64,000 bases of DNA. Origin: Leucoraja ocellata (Eukaryota). The DNA is taken from the NCBI GenBank assembly GCA_036785375.1, contig JAWMAR010000073.1, positions 372,001 to 436,000 on the forward strand. Reading direction: 5' to 3'. The notes beneath the pieces were generated by a model. The model saw only the letters and a program-made list of their open reading frames with translations. It did no database searches and was not told where the DNA came from. Position numbers and translations under genes: made by a program. Below are positions 39,509 through 50,339 of this stretch, one piece after another. Position 1 is the first letter of the stretch. The number at the start of each line of letters is the position of its first letter.

Positions 39509-39598
39509 TTACTCATTTGCCTTCTGTTCTTCCACTTTATCTGTTTTTGGCAGTTCTGAACACATTTTAAGTGCAGATTCTATCACACTTCTGAAATC
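39509..39598 (-). CDS. CDAN1: CDAN1 terminal coding exon
   Basis: Encodes DFRSVIESALKMCSELPKTDKVEEQKANE, stop TAA. Follows a 119-bp intron. Confidence 0.82.
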   Translation of the reverse strand, partial: DFRSVIESALKMCSELPKTDKVEEQKANE

Positions 39599-39717
39599 CT
39601 GAAAGAAAGACATTTTAAAATTCAAGACTAGTTTTTTTTACTAATACATAAATACTTTAGATTTTGCTAAGAGATGCCACTGAATCTCTGTATCTATTGT
39701 AAATCAAAATCTGTTAC

Positions 39718-39825
39718 CTGGGGCCAGTGCAGTTGTGAAAGGTCCTTCCAGCAACGCTCTATCTCCACAGCTTTCATCAACCCCTGCATAATGAGACCGT
39801 GAAGCAGGAAGGAGAGCTTACTCCA
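39718..39825 (-). CDS. CDAN1: CDAN1 penultimate coding exon
   Basis: Encodes WSKLSFLLHGLIMQGLMKAVEIERCWKDLSQLHWPQ. Splice sites cacag and gtaaca. Confidence 0.88.
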
Positions 39826-39942
39826 CTGTGACTAGAGGGAGAAGAAACTGGTAAAAAAAAACTTTGAAAGAGAAACTGATTTTATTTGTACCAATATTTT
39901 TGTTCCTTGTTAAATATACAGAAATCGGCAAACCTGCTATCA

Positions 39943-40820
39943 TTCTTCAGGGAACGGGGGTTCCCCTCCCCCACTATAGATGAGGCTCGCACCAGGGTCT
40001 CCTCCATACCCTGTAACACTGCTCTCTCTCCCCATCCCCCCAACAAGGGCAGAGTCCCCCTGGTCCTCTCCTTTCACCCCACTAGCCGGCACATACAACA
40101 AATAGTCCTCTGTCAGTTTCGCCACCTCCAACGTGACCCCACATCTCCCCCCGGTCTGCCTTCCGCAAAGACCGCTCCCTCCGCAACTCCCTTGTCAATT
40201 CTTCCCTTCCCTCCCGCTCCACCTCTTCCCTAGGCACTTTCCCTTGCAACCGCAAGAGATGCTACACCTGTCGCTTTACCTCCCCCCTCGACTCCATTCA
40301 AGGACCCAAGCAGTCGTTCCAGGTGCGACAGAGGTTCACCTGCACCTCGTCTATTGCATCCGCTGCTCTAGATGTCAGCTGATCTATATCGGTGAGACCA
40401 AGCGTAGACTTGGCGATCATTTAGCTGAATACCTCCGCTCGGTCTGCACTAACCAACCTGATCTCCCGGTGGCTCAGCACTTCAACTCCCCCTCCCATTC
40501 CGTATCCGACCTCTCTGTCCTGGGCCTCCTCCACGGCCAGAGTGAGCAACACTGGAAATTGGAGGAACAGCACCTCATATTCCGCTTGGGGAGTTTGCAT
40601 CCTGGTGGTATCAACATTGATTTCTCACAATTCTGTTAACCCTTGCTGTCTCCTCCCCTTCCTACCTCGGGCTCTCCTCCTCCTTTTTCCTTTCTTCTCC
40701 CCAGCCTCCCCCACCCCCTATCAATCTGAAGAAGGGCTTTGGCCTGAAACGTTGCCTATCTCCTTCGCTCCATAGATGCTGCTGCACCCGCTGAGTTTCT
40801 CCAGCATTTTTGCCTACCTG
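39943..40820 (+). mobile_element. Penelope-like element (GIY-YIG endonuclease, 3' repeat with hammerhead core)
   Basis: FFRERGFPSPTIDEAR...RVPLVLSFHP and VYCIRCSRCQLIYIGETKRRLGDHLAEYLRSV...VAQHFN...KLEEQHLIFRLGSLHPGGINIDF. Confidence 0.9.
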
Positions 40821-42380
40821 TTGCAATAGATTATGTTCTTCTCAAAAAAACAAACTTGAGTTGTCTGGCAGTAAGTACTACACCATTCTTCAGAAGCAGA
40901 AAGAAGACAAACAGGAACGTAACAGATTGAAAAGTGTTCGTATGACCTTTTAAAATAGGTATCCGAGTCTTTTCAATAACCATACAATTAATTTCCTCTG
41001 AACCTTGGGATTCATCATAGTTTAATTCTAAAAGCAAGGATTGCTGGCCATTGTTGCACAACTAGGAGATCACAGAGCTTTGCAAGCCTTTTCAACATTC
41101 AATAACTCCATTTCCCCACCCTAAAGATCTTGATTCCTTTAAATATCCCCAAAGCTATTGATCTCAAGCAAGTTTGTGTATACACAACTGAACCTTCTAG
41201 AGCAATTTCTCATTCAAGTAAAAAAAACAATGAATGTGCCTCTCATTCTGCATAACATCCAGCTGTTTCCCTTCCAAACTGCTTGTTGTACCTACAGGTT
41301 AACTGAGATTCAGAACCTTAACTTGAGGACCAAACATGCAACCTTGAAACATAGAAAATGCAGCCACTAATCCCAAAGTGATCCCAAAGACATCCACTGA
41401 CATGTCCACCATCTGCCCAGTCTCATTGACTGAGATATAGTATGTCTCAGCACCATATTGTCTCAAACAACCTTGTTGGGCACATTTAACAAATTGCGCC
41501 CCATCTAAAACCACATACATGAAGACAATCCCAGTTATATTGGGAATGTTCAAATCCTCACTCCTGTAACCATACTGCATTTAGATGTATCTGTTCCTCT
41601 AATCCCGGCTGGCTGTTTCTGCCACCTTCCTCTGAGTGGCTATCCCTCTGCAACAATAAACAATAGGAGGGGAATGACCACAGAAGACCCCTGCACCACC
41701 TGCCAACAGTTCACACATTTCCTTTCTCTCTATACCTATGTATGACCAACTGCTTCAATACACTATCTAGCACATTTTCCACATGGCTCTGCACAGTCTG
41801 ACAGGATCTGCAGCTGGACACACTTTCCATGGTATAGTTACCAGGAACATTGGTAGTTCCCTGATCTCTCACCTTCCTGCAGGAGTAGTTTATACCTGCC
41901 CTACCTTCCATGTCATTTATTCCCAGTCCCTTCTGCTAAGAAATGAAACTGAAGCCTAATGTCACAAAGCAAGAACCAATAAAAAAATTCTGACCTCATA
42001 CGGAAAAAGTAGCATTTTCTGGATATTTTTGGTGCGACCTATACATACATAATTTGATTGAGGTTCACTCACTCACTCCCTGCAGACAGTGTACCCTGAG
42101 GGAGAGAGCTAAATCTCTGCTTCAGGAACCCTGTAGAAAGAAAATGAAGTCTGTCTGTCTGATAGTAAACGCACATTTTGCTGTAATTATTCAGCAAAGT
42201 TTGGCCTTCACCAATATTTATAACTGAGCTTGGTCCAAATCCCGTAAAATCACATCCCTAATCCAATCAAAGAAGTGGTCACAATCCACGGACATAAGGC
42301 ATAAGCCCACAAATATAATGAATACAATTGTTGATCAAATGAATAAAGACAATGGGGCAAGAGCAGTCAACAAAGGTTAC

Positions 42381-42574
42381 CTTTCGATTTCCTGTCCGCA
42401 CTGTATAGGCAATGTTCTTCTCACTAAACATCAGCTGAAGGGGTACACGAACATGGAAATCGTCCTTCCACAAAGCAAGGAGTAATGTGACCAATTGGTG
42501 GACAGATGCATAATGAGAAGGCTCTTCCCAGTCATTCTCCTCAGGAGGATCAGATAATGGAACTTCCCCTGCAA
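42381..42574 (-). CDS. CDAN1: CDAN1 coding exon
   Basis: Encodes VAGEVPLSDPPEE...LVTLLLALWKDDFHVRVPLQLMFSEKNIAYTVRTGNRK. Phase 1 to 0. Confidence 0.9.
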
Positions 42575-42664
42575 CTACAAAAAATGAGAGCATTCAGAAA
42601 ATAGAACTATAGAACTGCAAATGCTGGTTTACAAATTCACCTGGGTGGATCTTAAGCTAACTAA

Positions 42665-43842
42665 ACTTAATTTACGGATGACACTACCGCAGTGGGCCAG
42701 ATATCAAATAATGGCAAGACGGAGTACAGGAAGGAGATTGAGAACCTCATAACCTGGTGTCAAGACAACAACTTTCTTCTCAATGTCAGCAAGAAAAAGG
42801 AACTAGTGGTTGTCTTTAGGATGTGAAGCGATAAATATACACTGTCAGTGACGAAGTAGAGATAGATGGTTGAAATCTGCAAGATTTTGGGAGTAAATAT
42901 CACCAGCAATGTATTGTGGGCTAGCCATATCCAAGCAATGGCCAAGAGCGCACACCAATGCCTTTAGTTTAGTTTAATTACGGCACAGAAACAGGTCCTT
43001 TGGCCCACAGAGTCCGCCCCAAACAGCAATCCCCGTACACTAGCACAATCCTACACACAATTTACAATTTTTATCAAAGCCAAACTGACCTACAAACCTG
43101 TACGTCTTTGGAGTGTGGAAGGAAACCTGAGCACCCAGGAAAATCCGTGCAGTCACAGGGAGAACATACAAACTCCATATGGAAAGCACCCCCAGCCAGG
43201 ATCGAACCCGGGTCTCTGGCACTGTAAGGCAGCCCAGGGTGCCCTCCGCTTCCTTAGAAGGCTTAGGAAATTCGGCATGTTCTTACAACTCTTACCAACT
43301 TTAATAGATGCGCCATAAAAAGCATTTTATTGGGACGCATCACAGCATGGTTTGGGATCCATCCAAGATCACAAAAAATTGCAGATTTTGCAGGGAATTG
43401 CAGGATTGTGGACACAGCCCACACCATCACACAAACCAATCTTCCTTCCAATGACTCCATCTACACTTCATGCTGCCACAGCAAGTCCACCACATAATCA
43501 AGAACGAGTCTCATCCTGTTCACTCCCTCTTCTCCCCTCTCCCATCAGACAAGAGGTACAGAAGTGTGAAATCACATACCTCCAGTTTCTTCCCAGCTGT
43601 TATCTGGCAACTAAACCATCCTATCATTAACTGGAGAGCTGTCCGGACCTACAACTTACCTCTTTGGAGACCCTCGGACTATCTTTAATCAGTCTTTATC
43701 TTGCACTAAATGTTATCCCCTTGATCCTGTATCTGGATAGTTCGACTGTAATCATGTATAGTCTTTTCAGCTGATTGGATTGCACCCAACCAAAAGCATT
43801 TCACTGTATCTCGGTACACGTGACAATAAACTAAACTAAACT
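42665..43842 (+). mobile_element. Decayed Rex/Babar LINE with a V-SINE nested at about 42965-43235 (minus strand)
   Basis: EYRKEIENLITWCQDNNFLLNVSKKKELVV and HPVHSLFSPLPSDKRYRS. Ends gtgacaataaactaaactaaac. Confidence 0.78.
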
Positions 43843-44735
43843 TGTAGAACAAGAGCAACGATCCTGCAAGTTCTCTGAAAACAAAGTATAAGATTTCACC
43901 TATGAACATGTAAAAAAAATTACCTTGTTTATTAAAGCGTATAGTCATAGTACCTCTCCAATTAGCCTCACAAACACTTAGAAGAAAGTCAAATACAGTA
44001 AGCAAAAAACAAAGTGCTGGAGGAACTAAGCGGGCCAGGCAGCATCTTTGGACTGAAATAGACAACGTTTTGGGTGGGGACCTTTTTAGTCTGAATTTCT
44101 CCAGCAATTTGGTTTTAATCGCTCAAGGTTACAGTCTCTTGTGTCTTCAAATATAGTGAGCTTCTGGTTCAATGACAAACACAATAAAAACCTTAGTCCT
44201 CAAGATACATTTGTATGATCACATCACAGTTCAAAGTCCAGGCCAAGGCAGAAGCAGTTGCACCCAGACTGTCACTTACCTCCTGTCTGGTTAATTGAAG
44301 CATTATCCCAATGCTGCCATTATCTTCGAGAAATATAAATCACAATCCCAAACCGCAAGTGAACTCAAGTGGGAGGATGTTACCTGTGAACTTCCCAATA
44401 TTTACCCGTCTTAAATAACCTTGAAACAAGTCTAATTTTTAATTGTGGTTTTGTGGGTTTCACTGTTGTGTAAATTGGCTACCATACTGGTTGTGAAAAA
44501 GGGCAGAAATGCATCTCCAAAAATGCCCCAACAATGGGACTGACACGTCATCAATCATATATTTCTCTTTAGTTGCATATCACTGGTTTCACCAGCAAAA
44601 TCAAAATTCCAGTAACTAATTCCAGTAACAACATAAACTACAAAACTAGCTTTGCATTAAAGTTTACACGAGGAGGTGGAAAACATACAGGACACTGGAA
44701 GAAAATAAACTTTGTCACTTTTACCAGTTGCTTAC

Positions 44736-44799
44736 CTAATAAAGATGCGAGCTCCACGGTGTACTTGGCAAGGGCCTGTTCAATTACCGGACAGATGTA
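44736..44799 (-). CDS. CDAN1: CDAN1 coding exon
   Basis: Encodes YICPVIEQALAKYTVELASLL. Splice sites cttacag and gtaagc. Confidence 0.9.
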
Positions 44800-45223
44800 C
44801 TGTAAGAAAAAAGGCTACAATCCATCACAAGGGCCACCTCTTCAGTGTTGAGCATCGGAATAAAGTGATGAACTTAGAATGTTAAGCCATTTGGAGATTT
44901 CCAAAATAGATCTTACCAGCATCCATCCTCCTCACAAACACATCAGCAGACCTCCCCACTCTTTTCTCTTGTGTTCTTTTACCATCCTGACCAATTCTGC
45001 TCTGCCTATAGTCTCCTTTCTGACGATTGCCCAAAAGAGTTACAAGAAATCACTAAGTGCTTTGCTCCATGCAGACACTGACAGACTGATGACTCTTCAC
45101 CCGTAACACCCTCCCTTATTTTCAGAGAACACGTAAGTACCTATATTCCCTGCCGTAGTGTGAATGGAAGGCAATTCACTGATTGCAAATTTAAAAGAAT
45201 CTGCCCTTGAAAAACGTGCCTAC

Positions 45224-45331
45224 CTGTCTACATGTCAGCGTTTGGCTTAATCTTCTTAATAAACTGTCAAGTTCCTGGTGGTCCACTGTTTCGTCCCTAT
45301 TCCTGGGACCCAATGTTACACTCAGCAGCTC
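45224..45331 (-). CDS. CDAN1: CDAN1 coding exon
   Basis: Encodes ELLSVTLGPRNRDETVDHQELDSLLRRLSQTLTCRQ. 108 bp, phase 0 to 0. Confidence 0.9.
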
Positions 45332-45965
45332 CTTTGAAAAGGACAAAAAACAATTAGGCTATGGGTGGTGAAAATTGAAAAAAATCATATCAGGATCATG
45401 AATTTATTTTCCCTATTAGACCAATGCATATTTGAAACTTCAAAGCGACCAGCACACAGGCTTTGATTAGTTGGGAAAATGTCTCAGGCTTACAAGACTG
45501 AAGTTGTGATCTTCTTGTTCTTGGCCATTGCTGTCCACTCAGATTTTCCCATAGTATTCAGAAATATTCCAATCTCTTGGGTAGCTTTCATGCTTTGAAC
45601 TCAAGCCAGTGAATCTCAGCAAAATTTATGCACGGAGAACGTTGCCTGTGACCCTAACCTTTGCCTTATTTCTAACTTAACACAGCATGACATCTGCCAT
45701 CCCTAGACAGCCACCATAGTTACTCAGCTTTCCAGGACAAAGCTATAACATTTCTCAAGTATGAGTCCTGTTGAGAACAAAACTCACAAAATGAGAATAT
45801 CGAGACACTGGGGAGCATAAACAAGGAGACACAAGTATTTTCCTCCAAGGCGCATAAGGCTACATTACTGACCAGAGTGAAACATTAGGCAGTGAGAGCG
45901 CTCTGGCACATTTACTTTTCCGGTTCGAATCAGCACTCATCAAACAGTTCTCCTTTCCACAGCAG

Positions 45966-46120
45966 GTACACAAAAATGCTGGAGAAACTCAGCGGGTGCA
46001 GCAGCATCCATAGAGCAAAGGAAATAGGCAACGTTTCGGACCGAAACCCTTCTTCAGACTGAGTTTCTCCAGCATTTCTGTGTACCTTCGATTTTCCAGC
46101 ATCTGCAGTTCCTTCTTAAA
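45966..46120. mobile_element. Penelope mini-insertion with inverted ends and a 16-bp target-site duplication
   Basis: ctcctttccacagcag at 45950-45965 and 46121-46136. Hammerhead core on the minus strand at 46033-46057. Confidence 0.8.
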
Positions 46121-46674
46121 CTCCTTTCCACAGCAGCCTGATCTGCTGTATGTTTCCAATATCTGCAATTAACACTATATTACTTTTTTTCAATCCTCTA
46201 CTGCTTAATAAAATCAGTAGCCAACTGCAGGAATCCAAACCAGGGGCAAGCAATTCTAATCAATTAAAACTAATTAGGCCAATATATCGCAGATAGCTGC
46301 TCCAATCACACATCACCAGGAAAATGAATATAAATTATAGTCTCATAAAATAACACAAATAAAAATTCCATATGATATACTCAATTTATCAGGCTCCAAT
46401 AGAAATGAAGATGGAAAAACTGCACACGTTTTGTTTGTTGTTAATCAACAACATTAACTTTTGCAGTATCCCTTCGTCTAAAGTCAATGGTTATATTTTA
46501 AGGTGGAGATTGACAGATTCTGAATTAGTAAGGGTGTCGGGGGTTATGGGGTGAAGGCAGGAGAATGGGGTTGAGAAGGAAAGATAGATCAGCCATGATT
46601 GAATGGCAGAGCAGACTTGAAGGGCCGAATGGCCTTATTCTATGAACCACCTCATTAAGACTAATGGAACATAC

Positions 46675-46835
46675 CTTAAACTCGCTGGCTACCTTGGAAG
46701 GAGAGGGTGCATTGTGTTTACAGTCCGGAGGGCAACCACCCGTTGTTCCGGAAACTTCAGTTGCATTTGCCGATTGCATGGTTCGAGATTTCTTCAGTCT
46801 TTCAAAGCTGAGGGTCATTTCTTTCTTAATTAAAA
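46675..46835 (-). CDS. CDAN1: CDAN1 coding exon
   Basis: Encodes LIKKEMTLSFERLKKSR...GCPPDCKHNAPSPSKVASEFK. Donor gtatgt. Phase 1 to 0. Confidence 0.9.
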
Positions 46836-47159
46836 CTGATGACAAAACAGAAAGAGAGCCTGACGTAGAGAGCAAACCAATTGGCACTGCCACCGGATGC
46901 TGCACTTTAAGCAATGCACCAACATAACACACATTTGTTATTCACCAGCACCCGACAGTGATTGCTGCTGAGGCTACAGATTAAATCAAGGCATATTTTC
47001 AATATCCTTTGTTAGTTGTTATTGGTGCAGTCAATTAATGAGCTAATGTGCAGTAATTTAATGAATATGCTACTATTGAGACACAAGAGACTGTAGATGG
47101 TAGAACCTTGCGCAAAACACAAAGTGCTGGAGTGACTCAGCATTAGTGGAGGGAGTGTT

Positions 47160-47445
47160 TAGTTTAAAGATATAGCATCAAAATAAGCCTTTTACCACAT
47201 CAACTACTGATCACCCGTTCACACTAGTTCTACATTATCACTTTTGCATCCACTCCCTAGACACCAGGGGCAATTTTACAAAGATCAATTAACCAACAAA
47301 CCCACACGTCTTTGGGATGTGGGAGGAAACCGGAGCACCTGGAGGAACCCACACGGTCACAGGGAGAATGTGTAAAATCCACACAGTTAACACTGGAGGT
47401 CCGGATCAAGCCTGGGTGTCTGGTGCTGTGCTACCAGCTGCCCCT
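47160..47445 (-). mobile_element. V-SINE
   Basis: tctttgggatgtgggaggaaaccggagcacctggaggaacccacacggtcacagggagaatg, the reverse complement of the V-domain. Confidence 0.7.
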
Positions 47446-47892
47446 TTCAATCTGAAGGCTTCTGATCCAAAACGTTGTCTGTCCATTCTCTCCACAGATG
47501 CTGCCTCGCCTTCTGATTTCCTCCTGCACTTTCTGGTTAATATGCCAACATCATCGCTTCAAGTCAACATGTTAACATTATCACTTAATTGTGTAAACTT
47601 GTCAATCACATTGACGTGATAAATTGGGGGTCACTTTATCCGGCCCCCAATCCCAGCCAACACCATCTATCCCGAGCCTGGAGATTGTTCAGCAAAACCC
47701 TACCTCATCCATGCTGCCCCAAATATTAGTCAAACACCTTTGGGAGAGAAGAGGAGAATAGAGAGGCCGTGTTAGGTGGTAACGGGAGGTTAGAAGAGGG
47801 GGATAGGGAGACCGGTGGATGCAGGGTCAGTAGTAAATCCTCTCTGCCCCCACCCCCTCCCTTGGAGAAAGACCAGCTGTGCTCCTCCGTAC

Positions 47893-47971
47893 CTGTGATG
47901 TTGGTGGACAGCCACGTGCAGGCTTTCTCCGTTGCAAGGCGAGTTGCTATATCTTCTGCTGTCCTCAACAC
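47893..47971 (-). CDS. CDAN1: CDAN1 coding exon
   Basis: Encodes VLRTAEDIATRLATEKACTWLSTNIT. Phase 0 to 1. Confidence 0.92.
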
Positions 47972-49775
47972 CTGCGTAGACAATGGCTGGTTCACAAAGG
48001 CAAAAGCAATAATGCAACCGACATACAGCAGTGAGCAATCAATAAGGGTTAGGGAGCAGATAGAGCTGGGGTGTGGGGAGTAAACCCGATGGGAGAAGGC
48101 ATCCAAGTGAAAGAACGTCTAACAGCCACTTGATATGGGAGAGCTGCCCCTCTGTTATCCTTTCACAAGAGACAAGCTGACAGGGCTGTAATTTCCCTCG
48201 AGGCTCAGTACGAGGGCGTAATGTTCCGAATAAATTGATGGGGAAATTCCAGAGTACAAATTATAACTAGTAAAGCTTTATAAATCAAAGTTCTTGACCC
48301 CCCCTGCCCACCGTCAGGAGCTTTATGGCTAACCCTAGATGATCACCACGGGTGAGGATATGGCAGGGTCACGAGAGAGTTATAATGCAATGGGGCTGAG
48401 TTACAGGCAAAGACTACAATACCAAGTAAATTATTTCCCCTTTAGCAAATGACCAAAACCATGCATGTTGTTGCTCCCACCCAGCGCAATCAGTGGGAGC
48501 TAATGCTGCACAAATACATTTGTGTTTATTGTGTGTTTTGTTGTTTATTATTATATGTATGACTGCAGGCAATACAATTTTGTTCAGACCGAAAGGTCTG
48601 AATGACAAATAAAGGAATCTAATCTAATCTAATCTAATCAACCTCCTCCGTGTCTAATTCACTCTATAATGGCCTGTCCTGTGGACTGGGGAGTCTGCTT
48701 GCTCTCCATGCCACTCTCTACTTTCTCCTCAGAGTTAACTGTTAGCCATCGTGATAAAACTTCCTCCTGCTGCTGCCGTGACCACAGCAATGTCAGTTTA
48801 TTCTCATGGTCCGTCCCCCACTTCTCTGAGCATCTCATCCTTGAATAAAATTCTTGTTTGTTACCACCCACCTAAGTTTGCCAGCTGGATAGATTGTCAG
48901 AGGGGCTGCTGAGAGATTGTTTCCCAAGACTGAAAACTGGATCAAGAGATCAAAAACTCAGGATAAGACTTATCAGATAGGACAGATATAAAGAGATACT
49001 TATTTATGAGGAGGATAGTAAATGTTTGGAATTCTCAATCATGGGCACTCAGACATTGAGTGTTTCCAAGACTGAGATCAACAGGCTTCTCGACACTCAA
49101 GGGAATGGGAGCACAGAAACATAGGAAATAGGAGCAGTAGTAGGTCATTTGTCCCTAGGAACCTGCACCACCATTTAATCTGACCATGATTGATCATCCA
49201 CATTCAGTTCCCTGTTCCCGCTTTCTTCCCTCATCCTTATTTTTCAAGTCCTCGGAACAATGTCCAACTCCATCTTGAATATATTTAATGATTCGGCTTC
49301 AACAGGGTATGGGAATAGGTTGGGAAATGGAGTGAGGCTATGAGTGGGGTTACATAGGGGTTTCAGAGCTTCCATTACATTTTCATATGCACGCTGATAA
49401 GATCCAATTTTACCTCGCCTCCACCCTTCCCAATTGTCTCCGCAGGAGTCTCTATACCATTCAACTATTCTGTTCTCGATAAAGATGAAATGCCTCCAAC
49501 TAAAGATAGGGAATATCAAGGCCAGCAGCATCACATTGCTTCACAAACTGCCCACTGGAAATGGACTTGTTGCCAGGTGCCAGATGACCTAGGGCTGATG
49601 AACAATGAATATCTCTCTGGTTTCAGACACACAATTTGTTGACCTTTGAACTGAAAACTTAGGAACTGCCTATTATGTTGGCGTTGGTATCCTGTGTACC
49701 CGAGAAATGAAGTGTCCCCACCCTCCCACTCCAGGTAACACCACTCTCGGAGTGGAATTCAGTAGTTGAACAAAC

Positions 49776-49839
49776 CGAGGCAGATGTCTCTCCTGGAAGC
49801 AGCACCTGAATTGCTTCAGGTCCCTTTCTGCTACAGAAT
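49776..49839 (-). CDS. CDAN1: CDAN1 coding exon
   Basis: Encodes FCSRKGPEAIQVLLPGETSAS. Acceptor ttttcag, weak donor gtttgt. Confidence 0.88.
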
Positions 49840-50339
49840 CTGAAAAGTAAAATGAAGAAAATGAACATTACAGGCTGTTTCTGGGTAACGAATGGGTTCC
49901 GTTTTTACAACGTTTCTAAGTCAATTCGATAACCATCCCTCCACAGTAGTGTAATAAATGCCATCAAAGCACTGATACAAAAGAACAATTACAAAGAGTG
50001 AAGAGAGGGAGGAAACTATTTGCTGTTTATAAGAATGAACATATAAACGTACACCAGACTTTTGAATTTAAGGAAATTAGGGGAGCGTATTCATACGTGG
50101 AGGTATATATGAATAAGCTCCCATAATATCCTTAAATTCAAATTAACAATGACGGTGATATGGATTCCGAACTGGCTTACTGATAGCAGACAGCGATGGA
50201 AGGATATCGTTCAGGCTGGAGGTCTGTGACTAAATCCGCATGGATCAGCAGTGGGACCTCGGTACCTCGGTACATGAGACAATAAACTAAACTACACTAA
50301 ACCCTTAACGGCATTGATGTTTGGTTTCATTACATACAT

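Noticed and set aside
43924-43977. Possible extra CDAN1 exon (ttctaag...CAAG|gtaatt on minus strand)
   Set aside because: Its only open phase does not fit between exons 44736-44799 and 42381-42574, which already join in frame, and the peptide is not codanin-like.
44865-44990. Box C/D snoRNA (gtgatga...ctga)
   Set aside because: It is antisense to the host gene and has no terminal stem or recognisable guide.
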